Shown one piece after another: positions 8,118 to 17,099 of a stretch of DNA of 31,493 bases. Source of the DNA: a virus (taxonomy: Duplodnaviria; Caudoviricetes); the IMG/VR virus record IMGVR_UViG_3300021124_000496, positions 1 through 31,493 of that record; one strand, given 5' to 3'. The translations under genes were made by a program, and so were the position numbers. How positions within the stretch are numbered: position 1 is the first letter of the stretch; each line of letters starts with the position of its first letter. Under the pieces are notes generated by a model. The model did not search any database and had not been told where the DNA came from. It saw only the letters and a program-made list of their open reading frames with translations.

Positions 8118-9580
8118 TAAAATACCTTTATATTGTGCAATTGACTAAATTGCTCTGCATCTGCTAAATTATTTACTAATGGTTCACCTTTTATATTCAA
8201 ACTAGTATTAAGTAACATTGGACAACGAGTTCTACTATACCATGCTTCTAAAATTTTATGTATAATACTCGGAGTAGGTTGGTCAATTGTTTGAACTCGT
8301 GATGTACCATCTACGTGACATATTGCTGGAAAATCACCAGGCGAAAGACAAGCATCTGCCCATTGCATATAGTCATGGTTTACTCGCATCTTACTATAAA
8401 AATATTCACTGAACCAAGGTTTGAGTATGATAGGAGCAAATGGACGAAATGGTTCACGTTTCTTTATTGCGTTTACACGATCTTTTACGTCGGGTCCACG
8501 AGGATCAGCTAGCAACGAACGATTGCCTAACGCTCGTGGACCAAATTCAGCACGACCATTGGCAATGCCTACAACTTGACCTGCTTCAAGCGCATCGACT
8601 ATTGCACGAACATCAACCCTACGATCAATGTTATAACCAAGAAACGCATGGTTCAGGTGCACATGCTTCTTGGTATGATAGGTAATTGCACCTAAACCTA
8701 AACCAGCATCACCAGGATTTGGTGGCACCCATATCTTATTAAATTCAGTAAATGTTTTTAATCTACTGTTTGCTACACAATTAAGTGCGCAACCACCTAC
8801 CAATACAAGATTATCGCTACCAATCACTTCACGAGCATAGCGACAAATTGCTTGTAAATATTGTTCATAAATTGCTTGTGCACTAGCTGCAATATCTTCT
8901 GGCTTCCAATCTTCATCTTTTGGTTTAGTCCACCAACGCATACCACGATGTAGATTATGCTTAAACTCTACATTAGGTGGCGACCATGCACCAAAGAACT
9001 CATTAAGCATTGCTTTAAGATGCTTTGGCTCACCATATGCTGCCATACCCATGACAATATATTCTTCTTCATTGGGCTTAAACCCAAGATAATCTGTGAT
9101 AGCACTGTAAAATAATCCAATACTTTGCGGATAAACATTGTGCCAAACTTTGTAAAGTTTGTGACCACGACCACGCCATATACTAGTGCAATCTAGTTCG
9201 CCAATAGCATCAATTACCACAATAGCAGCATCAGGAAATTCACTGGTATAGTATCCCATAGCAGCGTGTGCACCATGATGTGGTGTGGTCACAACTGGTA
9301 TCTTGCCTAAACCATATTTTTTAAGATAATTTTTTAAACTATAATGCAGTGGACGCTGCCCACTTACAAGATTACGAACTGCTCGTTTCCATGGCTGTTC
9401 ATACCATACTATTTTATCTGGAATACCATATTGAAGCGCATCATCAATAAGTGCTTCATTAAGATGTGGATCATTTTTTACTCTGCTATACCGTTCAGCG
9501 TGACCAGCAAACAGAATATTAGACCCATCAACAAGAGCGATACTTGCATCATGATTGTTAGCATTGATTCCTAATAACAT
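8117..9580 (-). CDS. Carbamoyltransferase (NodU/CmcH/TobZ family)
   Basis: NHDAS, HHGAHA, DAIGE, GGCALN, PGDAG, EFGPRALGNRSLLADP, HVDGTSRVQT, LNTSLN. Confidence 0.93.
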   Translation of the reverse strand: MLLGINANNHDASIALVDGSNILFAGHAERYSRVKNDPHLNEALIDDALQYGIPDKIVWYEQPWKRAVRNLVSGQRPLHYSLKNYLKKYGLGKIPVVTTPHHGAHAAMGYYTSEFPDAAIVVIDAIGELDCTSIWRGRGHKLYKVWHNVYPQSIGLFYSAITDYLGFKPNEEEYIVMGMAAYGEPKHLKAMLNEFFGAWSPPNVEFKHNLHRGMRWWTKPKDEDWKPEDIAASAQAIYEQYLQAICRYAREVIGSDNLVLVGGCALNCVANSRLKTFTEFNKIWVPPNPGDAGLGLGAITYHTKKHVHLNHAFLGYNIDRRVDVRAIVDALEAGQVVGIANGRAEFGPRALGNRSLLADPRGPDVKDRVNAIKKREPFRPFAPIILKPWFSEYFYSKMRVNHDYMQWADACLSPGDFPAICHVDGTSRVQTIDQPTPSIIHKILEAWYSRTRCPMLLNTSLNIKGEPLVNNLADAEQFSQLHNIKVF

Positions 9581-9586
9581 TTTTCC

Positions 9587-9694
9587 TCAATATACAAATG
9601 GATCACGCTTGCGCAATTCTTTGAGCAAACGACGACGCTTATATTTGTATATCATATCATCAAAAATATTATAAATCCACTTAAAAATACGCAT
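9587..9694 (-). CDS. Small basic protein (35 aa)
   Basis: Not in the ORF track. MRIFKWIYNIFDDMIYKYKRRRLLKELRKRDPFVY fills the gap between genes; start overlaps the upstream stop (TAATG). Confidence 0.7.
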   Translation of the reverse strand: MRIFKWIYNIFDDMIYKYKRRRLLKELRKRDPFVY

Positions 9695-10881
9695 TATAGA
9701 ATCTTCCCCCAACTAGTTTGACCTTGGCACCTGTATATAGCACTGCCATCATTCATGATAGCAATTTCGCCAGGTTCACCAACTCGTTCTGGAATACGAT
9801 CTACAATACTAATTAACAATCCACTAAATCTAACCGGCCCATTTAATTCTATAATTCCGCTAGTGCGTAAACCAATTTGTTCTTGATTATTGCTACCTAA
9901 TACAATATCAGTAATTCTTGTGCTGCCAGCATACATTGTTTTTGGGCTATGTTTAATTAAAGTAAATTCAGCATCTTGATCCCATACTGATAATGCACCA
10001 ATGGCACTTTCTGTATTAATACCAACTTTATTATTTGTAACCACTAGTGTTTCGTGAATTATTGCTTGACCTTCAACACTTAATTCAGTTAAATTTCCAA
10101 GTCGTCGTATATTGCTGTTGATAATTTGTGGACCAAGTGTATCACCATTTAATATTAATCTATCACCAAAAACAATATTACGATTTTGAAGGTCAATATT
10201 AGATAAATTATATGATTCTAATAAATTACCAGCGGCGTTGTTTGCGATACGCAAAATATAATTGTCAAATTGTGGTGTTGGTTTAATATTTCCAGTTAAA
10301 GAAAATTCACCTTCAATTTCTAAATCTTTAACAAAACTACTGCCAGCAATTAATAAATTTTCAGCACTTATATTATTAGTTGTAATTATGCCTTCATCAG
10401 TAATAGTTAATTGAATTTTGCTTGCCTGGTCATAAATTCCAGTGCTTGCAAAATTTGTTAATTTTCCTTCATTGATTGAGTCACCGTTAATGCTATTTGG
10501 CGGTATAGAAATGCTGGTAATAGGAATACTACCAACAGGAAATTCATAACTGCCAGCAACCTTGTGCACTTCTGTTTGAACACTGTTCATAATAAGCTGT
10601 TGCATATCTGTTCCACGAAGAACTTCTAACATTTGGTTTTTACCAACTGTGACAAGTTGATCATGAAGTATACCATTTATTAATGCACTAACTTCTGCGG
10701 ATAAATCACGCTTTCCTACAATATCATTAAATATTTTGCTAGTAAGATTCAAAACTACATTATTAATTTGTTTTTGTAGAGTTTCTGCAATAATAGTATT
10801 AAGATCAGTGTTTTGTAGATAATTTTCTACACTCGCACGTAAACTTTGCGCAATTGTTTCTTCAATATTAATATCGACCAC
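9694..10881 (-). CDS. Hypothetical protein, possibly virion structural (helical N-terminus, beta-rich fibre-like C-terminus)
   Basis: 395 aa, GTG start; VGINT..AIGALSV and GEPGEI...W segments resemble fibre-like proteins. Confidence 0.55.
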   Translation of the reverse strand: MVDINIEETIAQSLRASVENYLQNTDLNTIIAETLQKQINNVVLNLTSKIFNDIVGKRDLSAEVSALINGILHDQLVTVGKNQMLEVLRGTDMQQLIMNSVQTEVHKVAGSYEFPVGSIPITSISIPPNSINGDSINEGKLTNFASTGIYDQASKIQLTITDEGIITTNNISAENLLIAGSSFVKDLEIEGEFSLTGNIKPTPQFDNYILRIANNAAGNLLESYNLSNIDLQNRNIVFGDRLILNGDTLGPQIINSNIRRLGNLTELSVEGQAIIHETLVVTNNKVGINTESAIGALSVWDQDAEFTLIKHSPKTMYAGSTRITDIVLGSNNQEQIGLRTSGIIELNGPVRFSGLLISIVDRIPERVGEPGEIAIMNDGSAIYRCQGQTSWGKIL

Positions 10882-10890
10882 GTGTACACC

Positions 10891-11592
10891 TTAAAAAGTT
10901 AAGGTTATGATATGCTCATAACTTCTTTTATAGAAGCCACGATATAATAAGTTCTTTTGAACTGTAAATCCAGTGCCATTTAAATCGCTGCTGTATTTTG
11001 CAAGTTGTTTAAAATACATTGTGCGACGATTTTCAGCATCAAGAACTGTAAAATCTCGTTGATTCTCTATGAAGTATATATGTGTTTGCCAGTTCTGTCG
11101 ATTAATTTTGTCTAATATGTTTTGTTCGACGACAACATGATCATTGCTAGTTATAGAATCCACTGCGTTGCGTTTATGTGGAGCAGCATTTTTGTAATCT
11201 TGAAGGGTAGTTATAAGAGTTCCACCAGTAATATTTTTTAATTTAGCAAGCGCATCTCGCTGGTCTTGCTCACTGCTTGCATAGGTAAGATATTCATCTA
11301 GTGCAAGTACAATATCAACTGGTTCCGTAATATCATTAATACTATCAACAAAATCACTGCTGCTTTGCCAAGAATATTTTACGCTTTGGCTAGCAACTAC
11401 TGTGCATTTGTAATATTGCTCAAGTAATAGTATAATTGGATTAAAACTAGGGAGTACAATAGTTTCAACATGTTTAGTTTGTAAACTATCAAATAGTTTT
11501 TCAAAAATATCAACTTTTGCTTGTGCTTGTTCAATCAAACGAGTGTTTTCAGCAATATTTTGAATTTTTAACCAATAGTCATTACTAATCAT
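10891..11592 (-). CDS. Hypothetical protein, possibly a degenerate class I methyltransferase fold
   Basis: DIVLALDEYLTY...DALAKLKNITGGTLITTLQDY resembles MTase motifs IV-VI, but the glycine-rich motif I is absent. Confidence 0.45.
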   Translation of the reverse strand: MISNDYWLKIQNIAENTRLIEQAQAKVDIFEKLFDSLQTKHVETIVLPSFNPIILLLEQYYKCTVVASQSVKYSWQSSSDFVDSINDITEPVDIVLALDEYLTYASSEQDQRDALAKLKNITGGTLITTLQDYKNAAPHKRNAVDSITSNDHVVVEQNILDKINRQNWQTHIYFIENQRDFTVLDAENRRTMYFKQLAKYSSDLNGTGFTVQKNLLYRGFYKRSYEHIITLTF

Positions 11593-11599
11593 GCAAATT

Positions 11600-11631
11600 C
11601 CGATTCACTAGTATAATATTTAGTGAATCAG
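11600..11631 (-). promoter_or_regulatory. CTAAATA motif within an inverted repeat just upstream of ATG 11592
   Basis: GATTCACTA/TAGTGAATC (11602-11610/11621-11629); CTAAATA at 11623-11617. Confidence 0.6.
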
Positions 11632-11640
11632 AACTAGTTT

Positions 11641-11838
11641 TTACTTAATAAGAATACCTAACTCTTTAAGGTCTTCATACAAAGTATGGTCATTAGGAAT
11701 GGTCTCAGTTTTACCTTCCTTGACATTTTTGACAATCTTCTCAATGTCAGCGGCAGGCAAGTCTGTGCAACGTTTGAACGCAGCACGAACCTTTGACCAC
11801 TCTGGCTTATCTTTATATCCCATGATTAGCATTGTCAT
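11641..11838 (-). CDS. Small protein, possible ribosomal bL12 (L7/L12) C-terminal-domain-like fold
   Basis: 65 aa. Pattern LIMGY...KVRAAFKRCTDLPAADIEKIV...LKELGILIK parallels the bL12 CTD. Has its own TTGACA(11891-11886)-17-TATATT promoter. Confidence 0.45.
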   Translation of the reverse strand: MTMLIMGYKDKPEWSKVRAAFKRCTDLPAADIEKIVKNVKEGKTETIPNDHTLYEDLKELGILIK

Positions 11839-11895
11839 ATCTCTCTGTTTTGTTATTTTACTAATATAATATATAGTCTACGTTTTGTCAATAGT

Positions 11896-12097
11896 TTTTT
11901 AACGGGTGGGTTGCTATCCCCACGATGGTTTTAGGCTGGCCCTATAAGTTTCGGGCTTCGGTTGTCTGACACAACCACCATTACCTTGCACAGGTCTCTC
12001 ACCTGTCCAGTCCGCCCGATATGGTCTGCAGCCTTCACAGACGGTTTTTAGTTATACTCGCTCCAACCTATTAGCACAGCCGTGCCGCCGTTAAAAA
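11896..12097 (-). ncRNA. Unidentified ~200-nt highly structured RNA
   Basis: GC-rich intergenic island. 10-bp closing helix, two nested long-range helices, five hairpins and a possible pseudoknot. Three G-U pairs form only on the minus strand. Confidence 0.75.
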
Positions 12098-12100
12098 TTG

Positions 12101-12910
12101 TTATGTCCATAAACCTTTTCTTATACGAACAACAAGCATCAACATCGCAGTATCTTCTGCATCGTATGCTGCTTCAATTTCGTGAGACTTGTCTAATGCC
12201 GCACGGCTACGAGCACGTTCTTCATCGGTTTCTTTATCACGACTTTCAAAGAAATGATCACGTCCATACTTTTTGTCCATATCATCACAATACTGGCTCC
12301 AACCACTTGCGTCATGTGGGTCAGGACGCTGTGGACGCTCTGTTTTCCACCAGTTATAAAGTTTTAACACATCAATAGCACGTTGTGCTTGGTCAGTCAA
12401 TTCACCAAACTTTGGATCGCTTGGTTCCATTCCCCATGACTCGTCATAAATTAAACCCTTTTCCCATTCAAGATACTTCAATCCAAGTTCGGGGCAACGA
12501 CCGCTCTTCCACACAACTTTCTTGCTTTCTTCTGTGCTTAACCAACGGCTCTTCCACGCAAGTTCTTTTTCAACATAATCAACAATCCCTTGCATAATAC
12601 CGTGAAGAATACGCTCATCTAAATCATGATATTGTCCAACTGATAAACCTGTTGGAAGAATATGTGTTTGACGCCAGAAACGGTTGCGTAGATAATAACG
12701 AGCGTTATCAATATGACCAACGGTGTTGCGATCAATTTTATCAAGAATACGAGGAAAGGTTTCGGTTACCCAATAACCAATAGGATGTGCTGATTTGGTT
12801 TCACGCTTCCACACAGACCATTCGCCCCATTCAAGAGCAACTGGTTTGTTGATACCAAACTTCTTGCGAAGCCAATCAAATAGTGCTGTTTCAGACCAAT
12901 AACGACTCAT
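12101..12910 (-). CDS. Hypothetical Trp-rich phage protein (true start likely ATG 12910)
   Basis: The ORF-track extension to 12967 overlaps tRNA-Thr. MSRYWSE... follows a GGGGA SD. Confidence 0.75.
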   Translation of the reverse strand: MSRYWSETALFDWLRKKFGINKPVALEWGEWSVWKRETKSAHPIGYWVTETFPRILDKIDRNTVGHIDNARYYLRNRFWRQTHILPTGLSVGQYHDLDERILHGIMQGIVDYVEKELAWKSRWLSTEESKKVVWKSGRCPELGLKYLEWEKGLIYDESWGMEPSDPKFGELTDQAQRAIDVLKLYNWWKTERPQRPDPHDASGWSQYCDDMDKKYGRDHFFESRDKETDEERARSRAALDKSHEIEAAYDAEDTAMLMLVVRIRKGLWT

Positions 12911-12928
12911 TGCAATCCCCAAAGTAAA

Positions 12929-13003
12929 TGGTGCCCAAAGAGAGGATTGAACTCCCGACCTATGCATTACAAGTGCATTGCACTACCGCTGTGCTATTTG
13001 GGC
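12929..13003 (-). tRNA. tRNA-Thr(UGU)
   Basis: GCCCAAA/TTTGGGC acceptor, ATGCA-CTTGTAA-TGCAT anticodon arm, GTTCAATC T-loop, encoded CCA. Confidence 0.96.
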
Positions 13004-13004
13004 T

Positions 13005-13361
13005 TTATTCTTTTGGAACAGTATGCTTGATACCGTCCCAACTTCTATTTACTTTAGCAGATTCTGTAGAAAAGTCAATAACTAAATTGTAAAATTCATC
13101 AAGTTCTTTATTCCAGTGACCGAGCAATGCTGTTGCTAGGTCTATTGTTTTCTTCCAATCACTGCCTTTATAGGCAGTTATTAACTCTGCATGCATTACT
13201 TTAAAAAATTCAATTGTAGAGATATCAGCTATATCTACTTCAATCACAGCATATAAAGTAAGCGGCTCAGACATATCTGGTTGAATTACTGTATCAAGTT
13301 CCAATACAGTATACTTTTCTTTGAGTTGTTGCACAAGTTCTTGATTAAAAATAATATTCAT
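13005..13361 (-). CDS. Hypothetical protein (start likely ATG 13361)
   Basis: MNIIFNQE...; helical C-terminus Y..SDW...L..FY...WDG resembles the TPR-like tail of some class III adenylate cyclases. The longer ORF-track start overlaps the divergent gene. Confidence 0.6.
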   Translation of the reverse strand: MNIIFNQELVQQLKEKYTVLELDTVIQPDMSEPLTLYAVIEVDIADISTIEFFKVMHAELITAYKGSDWKKTIDLATALLGHWNKELDEFYNLVIDFSTESAKVNRSWDGIKHTVPKE

Positions 13362-13401
13362 GATACTATTATATATAATTACTACAGAAAGACAATAAAA
13401 A

Positions 13402-14178
13402 ATGCATTTTGATTTATATAGTGATTTGCACGATAATTGGTGGTCCAAAGAAAAATTATTGGATTACGATGGTATAGGAACAAGTTTAGTAGCAGTTATT
13501 GCCGGTGATATCAGCAATGATTGGAATTACACTTATGAAAAATTAGTAGAAATAAGCAATCATTATAGACATGTTATATTTGTTGATGGTAATCATGAGC
13601 ACAATCATAAAAATAATATAACACAGCATTGTGCTGAATTTAGTGAAAGAATTGCGCCACATCGTAATATCACATACTTACATAAAAGTTGTATTGTATT
13701 AGATGATACGGCTTTTGTCGGTTGTAACGGTTGGTGGACATATGATTTTTGTATGCCAGAAATGAGTAGTAGCGAATGTTGGGAACGTTTAGTTGTTGAA
13801 GGATTTGAAGAAGAAAAATTAAGTGAAATTTTTGTTGTTGCTAAAAATGAAGCCAAAATGCTTTATAATCAAATTGAAAATTTTAACGATGATCCTAGAA
13901 TCAATAATATAGTTGTTGTTACCCATACTGCGCCAATGAAACGATTTTCTTATTTGCCACCTGGTTATAATCCAGTTCATTATGGTCGCATAGGCAACAG
14001 TTTATTTCAAACTGCACTGCTTGCAAATACTAATCGCAAAGTTCATACATGGTGTTTTGGGCATGTTCATCACGAATTTGATGAGGTGATAGATGGCATT
14101 AGATATGTATGCCATCCACGTGGTCGTGAAGATGAAGGCATTGGAGAAATTTATTTTCCAAAATTAATAGAGGTTTAG
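13402..14178 (+). CDS. Calcineurin-like metallophosphoesterase
   Basis: SDLH, AGD, GNHEH, THTAP, FGHVH motifs. Confidence 0.9.
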   Translation: MHFDLYSDLHDNWWSKEKLLDYDGIGTSLVAVIAGDISNDWNYTYEKLVEISNHYRHVIFVDGNHEHNHKNNITQHCAEFSERIAPHRNITYLHKSCIVLDDTAFVGCNGWWTYDFCMPEMSSSECWERLVVEGFEEEKLSEIFVVAKNEAKMLYNQIENFNDDPRINNIVVVTHTAPMKRFSYLPPGYNPVHYGRIGNSLFQTALLANTNRKVHTWCFGHVHHEFDEVIDGIRYVCHPRGREDEGIGEIYFPKLIEV

Positions 14179-14498
14179 ACTTCTGGCTCAAGTTTTACAT
14201 TGAGCGGAAAATTATTTCCACGTGCGATCAGTGTAACTTCAACTGCTTTGGTTTCGGCAATTTCATGTGGCAGTATAGCTACGGTTGCTTGACCTTCTTC
14301 ATGAATTTTTACTGTTAAATTCTCTGCGGATTCAGTATTATGATCAAAAATTTGTTCTAGAACTGCCATAACAAACTGAACTGTGGTTACATTATCGTTC
14401 ATAAAGATAACTTTATAACGAGGCGGCGGTGTAAGGTCAAGATTAGGTGCAATCTTTACACGAGTTTTAGTGCCTGTTTCTGTGCTCATTTTACTCAT
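14175..14498 (-). CDS. clpS: ATP-dependent Clp protease adaptor ClpS (start 14498 or 14489)
   Basis: PPRYKVIFMNDNVTTVQFV..VL..IF, KIHEEGQA, EIAETK, FPL. Confidence 0.93.
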   Translation of the reverse strand: MSKMSTETGTKTRVKIAPNLDLTPPPRYKVIFMNDNVTTVQFVMAVLEQIFDHNTESAENLTVKIHEEGQATVAILPHEIAETKAVEVTLIARGNNFPLNVKLEPEV

Positions 14499-14511
14499 CT
14501 CTATTGTATTT

Positions 14512-14537
14512 ACACGGCGGGACAATTCCCGCCGTGT
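14512..14537. terminator. Strong 11-bp GC hairpin between hsp20 and clpS (terminator or stabiliser)
   Basis: ACACGGCGGGA-CAAT-TCCCGCCGTGT. No U-run on the minus strand; directly followed there by GTAAATA (14513-14507). Confidence 0.5.
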
Positions 14538-14550
14538 TTACTAGCGTAAA

Positions 14551-14991
14551 CTATTCTGAAATTACTGGAATTTTCTTTGGCTTCTTTTCATCTGGAACAA
14601 CATGTTCTAGTGATACGATAAGCAAGCCATTCTTAACCTTTGCAGCATTTACCACAACATCGTCACTTAGTGAGAATGTGCGAATAAACTTGCGAGCAGC
14701 AATGCCACGGTGAAGATACTCATTGGTATCCTCGTCGGTGTTTTCGCCAGTGATAACCAATTGATTATCAGTTAGGGTGATATCAATATCTTTTTCAGAG
14801 AAGCCACTAATGGCAATCTGAATTTCATAATTGGTTTCATCATTGCGGATGATATTGTATGGTGGATAATTTTGCTGAACATTGATGCTGTTTACACGCA
14901 ACATATCATCAAATAAACGATCAAAACCAATAGTGGTGCGATGAAGGTTATCAAAAAGTTTTTGGTCGAAGACCTGTAATAGGTTACTCAT
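14551..14991 (-). CDS. Small heat shock protein (Hsp20/IbpA family)
   Basis: IGFDRLFD, YPPYNI, EIQIAISGF, YLHRGIAARKF, NGLL, PKKIP. Confidence 0.95.
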   Translation of the reverse strand: MSNLLQVFDQKLFDNLHRTTIGFDRLFDDMLRVNSINVQQNYPPYNIIRNDETNYEIQIAISGFSEKDIDITLTDNQLVITGENTDEDTNEYLHRGIAARKFIRTFSLSDDVVVNAAKVKNGLLIVSLEHVVPDEKKPKKIPVISE

Positions 14992-15082
14992 GCTTGTTTC
15001 TCCTTTTTAAAGCGAGTATACTGTAGACGACCCATAATGGCATCGTCTATATATATTTAGTGATTCACACATCATTTGTCAA
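14992..15082 (-). promoter_or_regulatory. hsp20 promoter and ROSE-like RNA thermometer 5' UTR
   Basis: TTGACA(15082-15077)-17-TAAATA. 5' hairpin TAGACGA...TCGTCTA, then CUC-G-CUU pairing with SD AAGGAG with a bulged G (15016-15000). Confidence 0.7.
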
Positions 15083-15088
15083 GGGGTT

Positions 15089-15982
15089 TTATTCAATTAT
15101 TTCAAATAAATCTGGATTTAATTCTATTTTTTCAATTCTTTTTTTAGACAAATCTGTCATTACTTGCTTCCAATTAGGTCCATATTTTTTTTCAAATCCT
15201 TTTATTGTTGCATTTCTAACTTTTTCACGCCATTCGGGATTATTTGCTTTTTCTTGCATTACTTGCTTCCAATTAGGTCCATATTTTTTTTCAAGTCCTT
15301 TTATTGTTGCATTTCTAACTTTTTCACGCCATTCGGGATTATTTGCTTTTTCTTGGCTTGTTTTTTTAATTTTTAATTTTGCTTCTTCTGTATGAGTTCT
15401 ATTTCTATGAAATTCAGACATTTTAGCACGAGTTTCTATTGACCAATTTTTCTTTTTGCCTTTTTGTGAAGCACTCATTTTGGCAATAGATTCTTGTGTA
15501 TGTTTTTTTCCTTTATTGTGTGCTGGTCTGCCTTTGTTTGCAGCAGACAATTTAGCACGAATTTCTTCGGTAAATGCAATTGGTCTGCCTTTGTGTGCAG
15601 CAGACAATTTAGCACGAGTTTTTGCTGTTACTATTCTACCTTTATTTGCGTTACTTATTTTTTTCTTATGGTTTTCTGACATAACGATACCAGAGGTTCC
15701 CTCACCACCTAAAGTTTTATTATATAATACACCATTTTCTTCAATTCCCTTGCGACCATACCATTTAATAATTCGTCTTTCAATAGCAAACGCTCCTATT
15801 TCAGTCAGATTTGCTTCTAAAATTATTATTTTAGTTTGATCTTTCGGTGTTCTAGTATTATAATGTTTAGTCCATGCCCGATTTTTTCTACCTTTACCAA
15901 TATAGTAAGGTATTCCGTTTAATTTTCTAATATATGCATAAACATAAAAACCTCTCGGATTATTTGTAGAAGAATATGCCAT
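15089..15982 (-). mobile_element. Free-standing GIY-YIG-like homing endonuclease with NUMOD3 repeats
   Basis: FYVYAY...PYYIGKG..R, E...I..YGR, LYNKTLGGEG; NUMOD3-like H(T/S)EE..KMS/RAKLSAA.KG repeats. Start overlaps the guaC stop. Confidence 0.85.
15158..15355. repeat. Tandem 99-bp duplication (33 aa) at the endonuclease C-terminus
   Basis: Copies 15158-15256 and 15257-15355 differ at one base (QEKANNPEWREKVRNATIKG[L/F]EKKYGPNWKQVM). Confidence 0.95.
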
Positions 15983-17085
15983 TACTTTCCAAAAACATTA
16001 TTGACTTGATTATTCACACGGATAAATGTTGTGCGTTTGGACAGTTCTTTTAATGACTTACTACCCGTATAGGTAAGTGTAGAGCGAACACCACCAAGAA
16101 TATCTTGAACAGTATCGCCAACATCGCCACGATAAGGCACGGCTACTTCCTTGCCTTCGGCGGCACGGTATGATTTTAATCCACCACTATGCTTTTCATT
16201 GGCAGACTTTGAACTCATACCATAGAACTTTACAAACTGCTTGGTAGTAAAGATATCATCAGGAGTGCCATCGTCTTGAATCCATACCTGATTACTGCGA
16301 GTAGTTTGTGTGACAATATCACCGCCACCTTGATCATGACCAGCCAACATACCGCCAAGCATTACGAAGTCTGCGCCAGCCCCAAAAGCCTTAGACACAT
16401 CGCCAGGACAAGTGCAACCACCATCACTAATGATATGTCCACCAAGCCCATGAGCAGCATCAGCACACTCAATAATAGCACTAAGCTGTGGATAACCAAC
16501 ACCCGTTTTGAGACGAGTAGTACAGACACTGCCAGGACCAATGCCAACTTTAATAATATCTGCTCCTGCAAGCAACAACTCCTCTGTCATCTCACCAGTG
16601 ACTACATTACCAGCAATAATAATTAGGTCAGGATTTTCACTACGGAATTTTTTAACAAACTCTACAAATCGTTCTGTATAACCATTGGCAACATCAATAC
16701 AAACAAACTTGATATTATCCTTTGGCAACATTCTCTTAACAAGTTTGAAATTTTCGTATTCTTCTTGTTTAATGCCAAGACCATAAGCCCAATAGTCTTG
16801 TATTGCATAGCCAGTGCGCCCAATCCATAGGATAAGGTCTTCTGCTGTATAATTCTTACGTAAGCATGTAAACATCTTGTAAGTGGCAAGTTTTTCTGCC
16901 ATTTCAAATGTTCCAACGCCATCCATATTTGCCGCCATAATTCCTATGCCAGACCAATAACGATGACTATTACGAAATGTAAAAGTTCGTTCTAAGGATA
17001 CTTCCTCACGGCTTGTAAGTGTGGACCGTTTAGGCAAGATTAAAACGTCGGAGAAATCCAACTTTTGATCGTTGATTATACGCAT
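15982..17085 (-). CDS. guaC: GMP reductase (type 1)
   Basis: [65 protein letters not shown]. Confidence 0.95.
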   Translation of the reverse strand: MRIINDQKLDFSDVLILPKRSTLTSREEVSLERTFTFRNSHRYWSGIGIMAANMDGVGTFEMAEKLATYKMFTCLRKNYTAEDLILWIGRTGYAIQDYWAYGLGIKQEEYENFKLVKRMLPKDNIKFVCIDVANGYTERFVEFVKKFRSENPDLIIIAGNVVTGEMTEELLLAGADIIKVGIGPGSVCTTRLKTGVGYPQLSAIIECADAAHGLGGHIISDGGCTCPGDVSKAFGAGADFVMLGGMLAGHDQGGGDIVTQTTRSNQVWIQDDGTPDDIFTTKQFVKFYGMSSKSANEKHSGGLKSYRAAEGKEVAVPYRGDVGDTVQDILGGVRSTLTYTGSKSLKELSKRTTFIRVNNQVNNVFGK

Positions 17086-17099
17086 TTTTTACCTATTGA

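Noticed and set aside
11896-12097. RNase P RNA, SRP RNA, 6S RNA or self-splicing intron identity for the structured element
   Set aside because: Lacks GAGGAAAGUCC and a proper ACAGAAnnCGGCUUA, the SRP GGAA-loop motif, the single long 6S rod, group I R/S boxes and group II domain V. It also does not interrupt a gene.
12911-12967. ORF-track N-terminal extensions (12967, also 25944, 13448, 14525, 6380)
   Set aside because: They run into tRNA-Thr, the tmRNA, a divergent gene or hairpins; downstream ATGs give more plausible starts.
15158-15355. CRISPR array or DGR template/variable repeat pair
   Set aside because: Two adjacent in-frame 99-bp copies with no spacers and one mismatch; no cas or reverse transcriptase gene in the window.
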